Source of the DNA: Azolla caroliniana
Lineage: Eukaryota > Plantae > Polypodiophyta
Reading direction: 5' to 3'
Assembly (NCBI GenBank): GCA_043228905.1
Contig: JBHGNT010000014.1
Location: 10,912,001 to 10,976,000 of the forward strand
DNA: 64,000 nt
Below the pieces are notes generated by a model. The model was not told the origin of the DNA. It saw only the letters and a program-made list of their open reading frames with translations, and searched no databases. This document shows positions 10,109 to 23,531 of this stretch, piece after piece. The number at the start of each line of letters is the position of its first letter. Positions within the stretch are counted from its first letter, which is position 1. Both the position numbers and the translations under genes were made by a program.

Positions 10109-13100
10109 ATGGACGAATCGTTTGGTAGCATGTTCAAGCTCACCAACTCCAACTACTCAGTGTGGAAGTCGAAGATGAGGGACATGCTCGTGGTTAAAGA
10201 CCTCTGGCTGCCGGTTCAGTTCGGGGACAAGAGACCGGACAAAATCGACGCCGCGATATCGGAGGTGATGCACATGAAGAAAACGGCGTACATACGGTGC
10301 TTCATCGACATGAGCCTGTACAACAACTTCAATGAAGAGAGCAAGGCTCATGAGCTCTGGGAGAAGATCGGCATAATGTTCCGAAACAAAAATGTTGTTA
10401 ACCAGGTTTCGGTTTTCCAGAAGCTAGTAAGACTCTGGTACCAAGATGGCTCCAGCATGGCGGAGCACATGAATGCCTTCCAGGGGCTGATACACTAGGC
10501 AACGTCATTGGAAGTACCTCTTGCCGCTGAGGTATTAGCACTACTCCTGCTCGGCTCCCTCCCAGATAGCTGCGAGACGTTGGTTGTCACTTTGGACAAC
10601 GCCGGGCTGGAAGGAAAACGGTTATCCCTAGAAAGAGTAAAGTCGAGCTTGCTAGATGAGGAGGCGCGTCGGAAAGACAAAGATACGAGCTCCGACTCCA
10701 AAGCGCTCCTTACCGAATCGGAACGCGGAAGACATAGAAACCGTAGTCCCCAGAACCGGGAGAAGTCGGGGACACGGTCAAAGTCAAGGGGGAGGCCTAC
10801 TTGCTTCTATTGCGGCAAGCCGGGTCACTTCCAAAAGAACTGTCGGAATTTCCGTAAAGACAAGGAAACCGATGGTACAGATTCGAAGCAAACCTCGGAC
10901 CGGAACGGTAAAGACCGTAGGGGGCCGGACCGGAAGGGAACGACGGCAATCGCGGCAAGTGAAGAAGAGTTGATGCTCATCACCGAGGAGAGTGAAATAA
11001 ACCTTGCCGGCGACGAGATGACCTGGGTGGTAGACTCCGGAGCGTCGTTCCACCTTACCCCGAACCGGAAATGCTTCGCATCCTACTCAGCCGGTGACCA
11101 AGGCTGTGTCCGGATGGGAAATGAAGGTACGTGCCGAATCATCGGCATAGGAGACGTGTGGCTAACAACACCAACCGGATGTAAGTTGTTGCTGAAGGAT
11201 GTCTGACACGTTCCGGAGGTTCGTCTGAACCTGATATCAGCCGGTCGGCTAGATGATGAAGGCTACACGGGTAGCATCCGGAACGGTGTCATGAAGTTCA
11301 GCAAAGGGAGCCTTATTTTGGCTCGGGCCCGGAAGGTAAACACTTTGTACCTAATGAATGCCCGGTTATGTCCGGAGGAAGTGAACGTGGCATCCGACAC
11401 TGCCGGTGAGCTGTGGCACAAAAGGCTGTGTCACATGAGTGAGAAGGGGATGAAGAGGCTTGCAGACGACAACCTTATTCCAGTGAAGAACGTGCACTTG
11501 GAGAAGTGCACTGATTGTCTGGCCGTTAAGCAGAACCGGACCTCCTTTCGATCAAGGCCACCGATGAGACGTAATGCACCACTGGAGTTGGTGCATACGG
11601 ATGTGTGTCAAGTAGACACAAAGTCACATGCCGGAGCGCAGTACTTCGTGACGTTCATAGATGACCACAGCCGGAAGCTGTGGGCCACACCGTTGAAGAC
11701 AAAGGATTAGGTGTTATCCGTCTTCAAAGAGCTCCACGCAAGAGTGGAAAGAGAAACCGGCCGGAAGCTGAAGGCGGTTCGAGCAGATAACGGAGGAGAG
11801 TACCGGGGATAGTTCGAGGAGTACTGCCGCTCGAAGGGAATCCGGCTCGAATTTACCGTGCCGAAGACGCCGGAACTAAACGGACTGGCCGAGAGGATGA
11901 ACCGGACCATAATGGAGAGGGTCCGGAGTATGCTAGCGCATGCAAAACTACCCAAGAAGTTTTGGGCTGAGGCACTGTCGACGGCGACATACGTGATAAA
12001 TAGATCACCCTCAGTACCCTTGGACGGAGACACGCCACAGAGAGTGTGGACCGGTAAGGAAGTATCCTACCGGCATCTGAAGGTTTTCGGGTGTCTCGCG
12101 TACGTGCATGTAACTAAGGACCGCAGAGGAAAGCTAGATCCAAAGACCCGGCCATGCATATTCCTCGGTTACGGTGACGATGAGTTCGGCTACCGAGTGT
12201 GGGACCCGCTCGACAAGAAGGTATTCCGGAGTCGAGATATTATCTTCATGGAGGACAAGACGCTCGCCGACTGGGAGTCGGAGAAGAAGATAATGAACTC
12301 TGAGTCGACCGGTAAGGATAGACTCTACGATGAGCAGACCCAACCGGCAAGAGACCGGTTAGCACTCGAGGAACCAGTCGGTTACGGTGAGGATACCGAA
12401 CCACCAGAAGAAGAAGTAGAGGAAGCTGAGACCGGAACCGGCCAAGACCCCGATTCGGTTTCGGATGAAGAGCAAATGGAGGAGCCGGTTACCGAAGCCC
12501 GAAGATGTAGATATCCTCTCAGAGAAAGAAGGGCCCTCCGGAGATTTCCAGATGCAGAGCATGTTTTGCTAACCGATGAGGGGGAGCCGGAAAGCTTCGA
12601 AGAAGTGAAGGAAGACACCCACAACCGAAGATGGTTAAGTGCCATGCAGGACGAGATGGATTCCCTGCATGAGAACCATACATACGAATTGGTGGAGTTG
12701 CCGAAAGGAAAGTGGGCACTCCGAAACAAGTGGGTGTACAAGTTGAAACCGGGAGATGCCGGCAACCCCCCGAGATACAAAGCCAGGATCGTGGTGAAGG
12801 GGTTCCAGCAGAAGAAGGGCGTGGACTTCGACGAGATATTTGCCCCGGTAGTAAAAATGACCGTCATCCGGACGGTGCTAAGTATAGCAGCAAGCATGGA
12901 CCTCGAGGTAGAGCAGCTGGACGTGAAGACGGCATTCCTTCACGGCGACCTCGAAGAGGAGATCTACATGCAGCAACCGGAAGGATTTGTGGAGAAAGGG
13001 AAGGAGCACCTGGTATGCCGGTTGAAGAAGAGCCTGTACGGACTGAAGCAGGCTCCCCGGCAATGGTACCGGAAGTTTGACTCCTTCATGACCGATCAAG

Positions 13101-14085
13101 GGTCCCACAAGACGCAGGCCGATCACTGCGTGTTTGTGAAGAAGTTCGAAGGAGGGGACTTCCTGATACTCCTCCTGTACGTCGGACATGTTGATCGTTG
13201 GGTCCAGCAAGACAGATGTTGGGGATGCACATCATCCGTAACCAGAAAGCGAAGCAATTATGGTTGTCACAGGAGAAGTACGTGACAAAGGTGCTTCACC
13301 GGTTCAACATGTCAGATGCAAAACCGGTCGGATCGACACTTCCGGCAAACTGCAAGCTATCCGGCAAGCAAAGCCCAAAGACAAAAGGAGAGAAGGCAGA
13401 TATGATGAAGATTCCATATGCCTCTGCCGTCGGGAGCTTGATGTACGTAATGGTTTGTACCCGACCAAATAATGGATACGCAGTCGGAGTGGTGAGCCGG
13501 TTCATGAGTAATCCCGGCAAGGAGCACTGGAACACAGTCAAATGGATACTCCGGTATATGAAGGGCACTTCAAATATGTGTCCCCGATTCGGCTCCGGAA
13601 AACCTCAACTGGACGGTTTCACCGATTCGGACATGTCGGATGATGTGGATACCAGCCAGTCTACATTTCGGTATGTGATGACATATGCAGGGGGAGCTGT
13701 TTCGTGGCAGTCGAGGCTGCAGAAGACGGTTGCATTGTCAACCACAGAGGCGGAGTACATGGCGGCTGTGGAAGCCGGCAAGGAAATATTATGGATGAAG
13801 GACTTCATCGGAGAGCTCGGTATCCGGCAAGAGGAATACCGACTCTACTGCGACAGTCAAAGTGCCATCCACCTTGCTAAGAATGCGGCCTACCATTCCC
13901 GGATGAAGCATATCCAGCGGAGGTATCACTGGATCCGGGAAAGAGTAGATGACCAGGACTTCGCACTGACGAAGATCCACACGGCCAAGAACGGGTCAGA
14001 TATGCTGACCAAAGTGCTGACACCCGACAAGCTGGACGCATGCCGGAAGAGGATCGGACTGGTAAGACACCCCATGCCGGAGTGA
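10109..14085 (+). pseudogene. pol: Copia 1 gag-pol (gag, CCHC, PR, INT, RT, RH) with stops and a ~70-bp RT deletion
   Basis: CFYCGKPGHFQKNC; WVVDSGAS; LWHKRLCH; VHTDV..DDHSR; QLDVKTAFLHG; STTEAEY. The YVDD motif is broken near 13180 relative to copy 4. Confidence 0.95.
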
Positions 14086-14918
14086 AGGGGGAGTTTGTTG
14101 GGAGACAAGTCCCTCCGGATGGGAAGGGAGAAGAACAGTGCCGACGAACAAACTCGGCCAAGGCCGATAGGCCGAGGCCGATACGGTATGAGGAGTACCC
14201 AGCTACGGAGAGCCGGATGGTGCAGGCCTGGTGCGAACCGGATGAGGAGTACCCGGCTACGGCGAACCAGATGGTGCAGGCCCGGTGTGAACCGAATGAG
14301 GAGTACTCGGCTACGGAGAGCCGAATGATGCAGGCCCAGTACGAACCGGATGAGGAGTACCCGGCTACGGAGAGCTGGATGGTGCAGGCCCGGTACGAAC
14401 CGGATGAGGAGTACCCGGCTACGGAGAGCCGGATGGTGCAGACCCAGTATAAACCGGAGGAAGAGACATATTCGTAAATATGTTTCTGAGAGCCCATTGT
14501 GGCTATATTTGTAAATAGCCGAAAAGTCATATTAGTATAAATATGATTTAGGGCAAACTTTTAGAATGTGGTTGTTATTTTCTTGTTGATGCAAGAAAAG
14601 AGAGAGTGCATAACTGTACACAGAGAGAGAGAGAGACGAGGTCGTTGCCTCTGTTGTAACCGCCGCCTGTGGCGAAGATCGTGAGTCCGAGGTCGTTGCC
14701 TCCGAGTACTCACTGTTATGTACATTCATACATAGTGACAGTTTGCAGCTTGTGGGCTGCCGTGGTTTTTCCCCTAGTTTGGGGTTTTCCACGTTAACCT
14801 CCTGTGTACCATTTCTCTTCTCTGTGTTGTGTTTCATTACCTATTTTTCTGTGTATGAAAAGAAGCTGGGTTGTGGCCGAGCTTAGGGCATAAGGGGTGT
14901 TGGATTCCCGTCAATCTG

Positions 14919-16943
14919 TGGCCACCAGGATGTACTTATTGCCTGTTCGAGCGGCCGTCGAGGTAAAAGGTCCCATAAAATCTAGCCCCCACTTTTGGAA
15001 AGGATCCATTGGCAACACTGGTTGGTGTGGCATCCTCGCAACTTCCGTAGGCTGTCCTAGTCGTTCACATCAATCGCACGGTCTGCACTATTCATACGTA
15101 GCTTTTTGCGTCGTCGACCACCAAAGTCCTGCTTGCCAGATTTTTCGGGCCGTAACATTGCCCGTGTAGTGTCTTCCCGCCATACCACAATGGGCCTCCA
15201 TATACCGCGGCCTTCTCATCCTGTCGTATTCCTCGCCTCCAAATGCCGTCACTGCCTTTGTGGTATAGTATGTCTTCTACTAAACAGAAATGTCAACTCC
15301 GTATGGCCAGTCGTTTTTTCTCATCCGTCTGTAATTGGGGTGGCGGTAACCCCGTGGTCAGGAAGTACTTCATTTCCATCAACCACTGATCCGGAAAAGT
15401 CTTTTCTATTTGTTTTGCTAGATTTGCTACCCACAGGATGTCTGCATCCGGAAAGTTGTCGTCATCCTTCTACGCCGTTTCTCCATTATCTAGTCTGCTC
15501 AAGAAATCTACCACTATGTGTTGCGTACCTGGGCGGTGCTGAATTACAAAGTCGAATTGTTGAACCAGTAGCATCCATCTAGCCTATTTCCTCGTCAACG
15601 CTTGTTTTCCTACCAAATATAGCAATGTGGAATGATCCACATGAAACGTGAATTTCCGCCCTAATAGATAATGTCGGAACTTATTGATGTTGTATTTCTA
15701 ACTAGCGTAGTACACTGGCTGGTACCAATTCGGCTCCGTGAGCTGCATTAGCGCACTACCTGTTGCTATGTCTGAGACATCTGCGAACACGTGGAATGGC
15801 TTCACCCAAACTGGTGGCTGTACGACGGGTGCCTGCATTAGCATTAACTTTAGCGCATCATATGCCTTCTCTTCCATAGTTGTCCATTGCAAAGGAGTCT
15901 GATGAATGGCGGCATGTAACGGCATGGCGAAGTCCGCCAAATAGCGTATCATCTGACTGTGCCATCGTATTTGTCGCAAAAAACGGCTGAGTGCTTTCAC
16001 GTTTGTCGGTGTTTTCGTGTGAGTAATCGCGGAGATTTTATTCGGATTGACCACTAGCCCTTCCTTATTGACTATGTGGCTGAGGAGAGCCCCGCTGGTA
16101 ACGCCGAAGGCGCATTTGGCGGGATTCAGACTTAAGCGTGCGGTTCGGCAACGCTCCAAGCAAAGCAGCAGATGCGTAAAATGGTTGGTTGTTGTCCCAT
16201 ATACCGCAAAATGGTCTAAAAAAACTTCCATGAAGGCCGGAATATATTCCCCAAAAATCTCCGTGATTGTCCTTTGAAATGTAGCTGGCGTCGTCTTTAG
16301 TCCGAACATCATGACGACTGCAACATAGACTCCCCAATTCGTGACAAACGCCGTTTTCTCTTGGTCGTCGCGGTGCATACGTACTTGGTTGTACCCATTG
16401 AAGCCATCTAAAAAGTTGTACATGTCATGCCCTGAGACGGCGTTTAGTACGCTATCGGTGAACGGTAAAGGGAATGCGTTAGTAATGGTTACGACGTTCA
16501 ATTTCCGGTAGTCCACGCATACACATATTTTGCCATTTTTCTTTGGTACGACTACTATCGGGCTTAACCATGTAGCTTGTTTAACTGGTCGTATGAAACT
16601 AGCCTTGCAGAGTTTGTCAATTTCTTCTTTTACGCGGCCCGCGTAGTTTGGGTTCATACGGTATTCGACGTTGTTGGACCGATTTCGTGTCGGTCGCTAA
16701 ATTGATCTTATGTTGATAGAACTTCGGATCTAAGCCCTTCATGTCCTCATGGGCCCAGGCGAACACATCTTTATACTTCCTGAGTAGTGCTATCATCGTG
16801 TCACTCTGATCCGGCAGTAATTCTTTTGCAATGGAGAGGAATCGGGGTTCCGACGTCATACCCACATTTACTTCATCCAGGGCTGAGGCAGTGACTCGTC
16901 GTGAAATTTCCATTTCCCTCTCAAACGTTGCCCGTGCTTTGCT
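14919..16943 (-). pseudogene. pol: Element C RT, RNase H and integrase N-terminus, degenerate
   Basis: ORFs 16617-17000 (part) and 15698-16657: WLSPIVVVPKKNGK, FLDGFNGYNQV, PVYYAS. Confidence 0.9.
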
Positions 16944-17334
16944 TGTCGTCTGCCTGGCCGGACTAGCCTCAACTGAGGTGTCTATCCGACACTTCTCCAA
17001 AGGGGTGGTAAGGATTGGATGCTAGGTTACACGCGTAAGATGATTACACTAAGCACAGACGGTAAAACAATACAAAGACAAAGATAAACACGCAATAAGT
17101 ATAATTGTATTACTTCCGTAAAGCATTTATAAATCATCGGATCCTTTTATAGGCATCCGGCAAGGTTACAATCGGTGCGCTTAGGCAACCGGCATCCGAA
17201 TCGGTCCGGATCCGGATCGGTACAACTGTACCGGATCCGTCCTTCCGAATAATAAATATACTATTATTTACTTCCTATTATCCGATCCGACTCCGCCTTC
17301 CCACTTGTCCTTGCTCTTCTGTCCGGCCAACACA

Positions 17335-17374
17335 TGGCACGCCCGTGGGAAAGTGCCTTGCACTTCGAATCCAC
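17335..17374 (+). promoter_or_regulatory. Inverted PBS-like / tRNA-Arg(UCU) 3'-half-like motif at the position where the PPT of B is expected
   Basis: Plus strand reads LTR-CA, a 2-nt spacer, TGGCACGCCCGTGGGA, a 14-nt hairpin, then TCGAATCCAC. No purine tract abuts the 3' LTR on the element's sense strand. Confidence 0.7.
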
Positions 17375-17382
17375 TCCCGACC

Positions 17383-18232
17383 TCATTCTTCCTCCAAAAT
17401 ATCGAGCAAACTCCGCTCGAAGGTGTCAAGTGGTGCCTCTTCCTCCAATTCCTGTTCCTTGCCTGCCTGGTCTCCGACCTCCGGTTGGGTTGGCTGTTCC
17501 GTAAAAATTTGCTGCTCCGGCTCTGCTTGATTCTGTGGTGCCGGTGCTTCCTCACCGCTCCGTCCGGGTTCTTCCTGTTCTTCCTCCGTTCCAGGCTCTG
17601 TTCTGTTACCAGTGTCGCTTTCTCCGGTCTCGACTGGTCGGTTCGGTGCGCCTTCTTCCTCTGCTCCGGTGTTTTCCGGTCTCAGCTCTTCCTCTTCCCC
17701 GGCATCGGTCTGCACCTGCTCTTCTTGATTCTCTTGGACCGGAAGTTCTTCTTAGGGTATTCCTTGTCAGGGTTGTTCGGTGTCGGTTGGTTCAGCTTCA
17801 GCCGGTCGCTCTCCCTTACTTATAGTGATTGGCGTCGTGCTTCCCTCGGCTTCCTGTCGTAACCGGTCCTGCTCGTATTTCTCCAACTCCAACTGAGTTG
17901 CGAGCTGCCCGTCATCCAACCTCTCTACCAACCCTCGGATTTCTTTGAGATGTTCATCCGCTAAAGCGTAGAAATCCTCCGACAACTCTTCGCGAATGGC
18001 GACGATACTTTCTTCATCCATCTTGTAGAACTTGTCACCGGTCTTCCTTCGATTCTCGGCATCTGCTCGGAGTGTCTGCAGCTCGGCTGCCTGTTGTGAC
18101 CACTCCTTCCATAGCTTTTCCGTACTTTCGTTGATGCTTGCCTGAGCTCGGGTACTCCAACATGACATGATGAGCTTGATCCGGTCAACCCCCGCTTTAG
18201 CATGCGCATAAGCTTCTTGCTTTTCCTTCCTT
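17383..18232 (-). pseudogene. C-terminal part of the extra 3' ORF in B (helical/coiled-coil, then Glu-rich tail)
   Basis: The end of ORF 17767-19017 and ORF 17383-17715 are in the same frame, separated by one TGA. The frame ends ..DILEEE* 50 nt before the 3' LTR. Confidence 0.7.
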
Positions 18233-21200
18233 GCCACTATGACATACCGATTTCCGGTTCGCATTGCCGGTGGCTTGAAGGCACGGACAAAGTCCAAACC
18301 CCACTTTTGAAACGGTTCCAATGGCAAGACCGGGTGGTGTGGCATCCGGGCCTGCTCCGTGGGTTGGCCCAGTCGTTGACACAACTCACATTCTCTGCTA
18401 TACTTCACGGCATCTTTTAGGGTGGTGGGCCACCATAGTCCGCTCTGCCATATTTTCCGAGCGGTTGCGTCGCCGGCATAATGCCCGCCGGAAATTCCAC
18501 AGTGGGCTTCCCTGAGGATTAAATCCTTCTCATCGCTCCGCACTGCTTGTCTCCAGATGCCATATGCCCCCTTGTGATAGAGGGTGTCTCCAACCAAACA
18601 GAAATGTCTGCTTCTTACTGCTACCCTTTTCCTTTCATCGCGGTCCATGTTCTCCGGGGGTACTCCGGTGCTCAGGAACTGATGCATCTCAGTTAGCCAC
18701 GTGTCTTCATCAGCTACCGTTGCATCCGTTGCCGGTTTCGTCGTGATCCGGAACAACTCGGCGTCGGGGAACTCATCCTGGACGCCGTCCCCTACTTCTC
18801 CGGATTCGAGTCTGCTTAGGTAGTCCGCTACCGCATGCTGCGCCCCGGGTTGGTGGAAAATGTCGAATTCAAATTCCTGTAACAACAGTGTCGATCGTGC
18901 AATTTTTCCCGTCAGGCATGCCTTCGAGACCAGGTAGAGTAGTACTGAATGGTCGACATGGAAGGAAAACTTCCTTCCGAGCAGATAGTGCCTGTACTTT
19001 GTGACACTATACACCATTTCTAATGCCTCGTGTTCTGTCGTAGAGTAATTCCGTTCTGCTTTTGAGAGTTTCCGGCCGGTACCATTTCCGTGAGTTGCAT
19101 CAGAACGCTGCCAATTGCTACGTCCGACGCGTCGACGAAGACGTGAAAGCTTTTACTCCAATCCGGCGGTTGCACCACCGGAGCTTGCGACAGCATAACT
19201 TTCAGCGCTTGGTAGGCTTTCTCCTCCGTCTCCGCCCATAGGAAGGGTACCCTGTGTACGGCGGCATGCAATGGTGTAGCGAAGTCTGCGAGGTGCCGTA
19301 TCATCCGGCTATGCCACCTTATTTGGCCCAGGAACCGGCTTAAAGCCTTTGCGTTATTTGGTGTCGGTGCCTCGAGAATCGCCATTACTTTATCCAGATC
19401 TACCGCGATTCCTTCCTTACTCACCACGTGCCCTAGCAAGTTGTCGCTTGCCACTCCAAAGACGCACTTGGCCGGGTTCAGACTCAACCGGTACTCGCGG
19501 CACTTCTCTAAGCACAGCCGGAAGTGATCGAGATGCTCTCCGTGCCGGCTGTAGACCGCGAAATCGTCAAGGAAGACCTGCATAAAACCGGGGATATATT
19601 CCCCGAAAATTTCCATTATTATCCTTTTAAAGGTCGTTGGGGCCGTCTTTAGTCCGAACATCATCACGACCGCGACGAACGCTGTCTTCTCCTGGTCGGC
19701 CGGGTTCATTCGTATTTGGTTGTAACCGCTAAATCCATCCAGGAAGCTGTAAACTTCGTGGCCGGCTACCGCATCTAACACCCCGTCCGTAAATGGTAGT
19801 GGAAACGCATCGGTCACTGTTGCGGCATTTAGTTTCCGGTAGTCCACGCATACCCGGATTTTGCCGTTCTTTTTCGGGACCACCACTATCGGACTCAGCC
19901 AGGTTGCCTGCTTGACCGATCGGATAAATCTGACCCGGAGGAGCTTATCAATCTCCTCCTTCACCTTCGCCGCATAATTCAGATTCGTCCGGTACCTGCA
20001 TTGAGCGATCGGTTTCGCGTTCGTACTTAGGTGAATTTGGTGCTGATAGAGCTGGGGGTCCAGCCCTCGCATGTCTTCGTACGACCACGCGAACACATCC
20101 TTGAAGTCTGTTAATAATGCTACCATTGCCGTCTTTTCTTCCTTCGGCAATTCCTTTGCGACATTTACCGGTCGGGGCTTGTCTGTTGTGCCGATGTCCA
20201 CCTCCTCTAGTTGGGATGCTTTTACCCTCTGGGATATCGTCATCTCCCTCTCTAGGGATTCCTGCACTTGTCGCAGTTCCCGGATCGCCGCTTGGTCCGG
20301 TTCGTCCGGCGTCGTGATGTACGGTTCTACTACCGCCGTGATATCCACCTCAAATAGTGGGACGATTCGTGGGTGTTCCTCGAGGTACCGATCGACTTCC
20401 TCGTCCGGTAATCCCTCCAACATGTTGATGCTTTTCGCATACAATGCAGTTGCTTCCTTACTGGCGATCACCCGTGGTTGCATCGCTACTCGTACCTTTG
20501 TTTTCCCTCGCCAGAATGTGATCATGTTGTTTTGCCAGTTCTGCTTGATATGTGTTGTTCGCAACCATGGTCGTCCTAGCAGTAGGGGGTACGCGCCTTA
20601 TACATTCAGCACCACGGCCGATATCCGGAATACCTGGCCTCCGATCGTTACTTCCAAATCCCGGATAAGCCCGGTCGGTCGGACTGAGCTGGTATCCGTC
20701 ATGCGTAACCAGAAGGGGCATGGTTCCCATTCCCGGATGCCCAGGTTGTCGTATGTCTGTCGGCTGATGACATTTACCCCGGAGCCTCCGTCAATAATTG
20801 TTCCGGAAATTTCCTTTCCTTTCACGATTGTCGTGATCGCCGGGCTACTTATATCGACCACAACTGGTCCTTCCTCCGGGTTGGAGAAGAATGCCGGTGC
20901 TGGCGTCGGCTTCGGTTTGCTCACGGATGCCTGTAAGTCTGCCGTAAACCATGGCACCAACTGTAGTAGCCGTGCTAACGGCAGCACGATTTGACAGTCC
21001 TGGAGCGCTTGCCACGTCGGTTTTTCTCCTGGTTGTATGATTTCTTCGTCTTTTGGCATATTATGTTCTCTTCCTTCTGCCGCATTCTGTTCATTGGCCT
21101 CCTTGATCCATTGCACCGCTTGTTTTCTGATTGCCTCCTGGGCTTCCCACTCGGCGGCCTTCCCCTTTGACCAGGTTGTGACCTGCTGCACTTCCGTTAT

Positions 21201-23090
21201 TTCGGCTGTAACCATGTTGACTGCCGGCTGCTGTAACCATGTTGTCATTGGTTTTGCTTGGGCATTGGTTACTATAATGGCCCTCCTTCCGGCAGTAATA
21301 ACAGTACACCTTGTGACTGTTGCTCGTTTCTCCTTTGTCCCCGGTTTGGGGGGTGGGTATACTTCGGCGGTTGTCTTTGGTTTTTCGGTTATCCGGTACC
21401 GATACCGGGTTGTCATTCCTTGCTGCCTCCCGACGTTCCTCTCTTCGGAAAAATCCACGCTTCTGATTCCGTCGGAAATTTTGGTTCTCTTGTCGCCTCT
21501 CTTCTCTGCGTCGTTCGTATTCCGAGGATTCGTCTCGGTCGTACCGGTCCCGGGGGTAGCTATCTCTGCGTTTCTCCTCTCAGTCATAGTTATCGCGTCT
21601 TCTATCAGCGTATCTGTTACCGCGTTCGCGTTGGTAGCGGTTGTCTCTCCGGAATCGATCCTCATCCGGGTCCTGATTGCGCGGTTCTATGTGTCGAACC
21701 GGTGCCGCCTGCTGATTTAACAAGTTATATTCGCATCGGTCCGTTGTATGGGCTCGAGAGTTGCAGATCATACATTGTGTCCGCAGGTTGCAGTCTACCG
21801 TTGAGTGGCCCGAATTTAGGCATGTGGTGCATTGTAAGGCCTGTCGGAACCTCAGGTCTTCCTCCTTCGGGAGTGCCCGGTGTAACATCCCCATCGACAA
21901 GAAGGAGCTAGTCTTGTCCATTTCTAAGACCCGATCAATAACTTGGTCCATTGTGCTGGTGCGGAAATCAAGGACTCCGCACATCGTTCGAAGTGGCTCT
22001 TTTAGCGCGGCCAAAAAGACTGCTTTGGCTTCGTCTTCGGGTGGTGCTCTCGTCAGTTGGCTATGTAGGGTCTGAAACCGAATGATGAATTGTGGCACCG
22101 TCTCGTTCTCTTCCTGTCGGGTGGTATAGAACTGCCCGACCAATTCCCTTTGCTCAACTTGTTTGTGAAAAAGCCTGAGGAATTTGGCCTTCAAGGCATC
22201 GAATGTGGCAAAGCTGCCCAGTAAGTGCATTGCGTGCCATCCAGCCGCCGATCCTTCTAAGGTCATGCCGAATTCGGCAACTTTGGATCGTTCGGCTTCG
22301 GGCTCCGTCAGTCTTTGGGAAACATGGTTAGCTTCCCATGTTTGGAGGAATGCGTATACGTGTGCCTCCGCGTCGGGTCATCCCCGTACTTTGGGTATGG
22401 GTACGGCATCGTGTCATCCAACTGACTCTCCTGCTCTCTCCTCTCTCTGTCCGCTGTTGGCGTCGGTGTGAGAACATTCGGTTCCTCCGCGGTTGGTGCC
22501 GGTATCCGCTCCTTCAGTTCCTCCGCGGGTGTTGCCGGTGTCCGGTCCTTTGGTTCCTCCGCGGATGTTGTCGGTATCCGCTCCTTCGACTCCTCCGCAG
22601 GTGTTGTCGGTGTCCGGTCCTTCGGTTCCTTCGCGGGTGTTGTCGGTATCTGGTCGGCCTCCCTCGGTGATTGCCGGTCACCGAACTCCAAGCTTATTTC
22701 TTCCTCTGGCTCCGGTGTTACTGAGTCTTCCGACTCCTCTTCCCCCGGGTCGTTTGGTGTGTCGTGGCTGCTTTTATACCAGGACACAACGCTTCCGTCG
22801 CTTTCCGACTCCGCCTCGAGTGTTGCGAATGCTGCCGACTCCCCGTCGCCACCGGCGAGCGTCTGTAGTATTGTTTCCGCCTCTTGCAGGCTTGTTATGC
22901 TATTGCCTTCGTCAGGGACTTGCAGAACCCGGAACTGCAGTGCTTCTTCTGCGACTCTCCGAAGAGTTCTAGAGAATGACCGATCTCGCTGGATCTCGTC
23001 GACGGCTTGCTGCAGGGCTTCCCGTCGTTGCTCTCGTTCGGTGTATCGTCTCCCTTGTTCGGTGATGTGGTCGTCGTTTGGTCTAGACAT
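18233..23090 (-). pseudogene. pol: Gypsy B gag-pol, disrupted and truncated in integrase
   Basis: ORFs 22308-23090, 21580-22266, 20598-21665, 19020-20564 and 17767-19017 are collinear with A. Confidence 0.94.
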
Positions 23091-23531
23091 CCATCCCCCG
23101 GTTGTCCTCTACACTTTGCAGGAATCGTGGTCGCCAAAATAGTGTTGTCTGCCTGGCCGGACTAGCCTCAACACAGGTGTCTATCCGACACTTCTCCAAA
23201 GGGGTGGTAAGGATTGGATGCTAGGTTACACACGTAAGATGATTACACTAAGCACCGACGGTAAAACAATACAAAGACAAAGATAAACACGCAATAAGTA
23301 TAATTGTATTACTTCCGTAAAGCATTTACAAATCATCGGATCCTTTTATAGGCATCCGGCAAGGTTACAATCGGTGCACTTAGGCAACCGGCATCCGAAT
23401 CGGTCCGGATCCGGATCGGTACAACTGTACCGGATCCGTCCTTCCGAATAATAAATATACTATTATTTACTTCCTATTATCCGATCCGACTCCGCCTTCC
23501 CACTTGTCCTTGCTCTTCTGACCAGCCAACA

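Larger units (their letters stand above)
9261..14913 (+). mobile_element. Full-length Ty1/Copia element 1 (two 818-bp LTRs, TSD ATCTG)
   Basis: LTRs 9261-10078 and 14096-14913 (TG..CA); PBS TGGTATCAGAGC 10081-10092 (tRNA-iMet); PPT GAAGGGGGAG before 14096; ATCTG at 9256-9260 and 14914-14918. Confidence 0.97.
16944..23531 (-). mobile_element. Gypsy B (family of A) with both LTRs; internal deletion from mid-integrase into the extra ORF
   Basis: Direct-repeat LTRs 16944-17332 and 23143-23531 share variants absent from the A LTR. Decayed 5-bp TSD: TTGCT (16939-43) versus CTACT (23532-36). Deletion junction ~18232 (GNRYVIVA|RKEKQEAY). Confidence 0.93.

Noticed and set aside
16944-23531. B as two different elements fused head-to-head, explaining two PBSs
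   Set aside because: Both LTRs are direct repeats sharing diagnostic variants, all internal ORFs are on one strand, and the host frame shows a single insertion with a 5-bp duplication.
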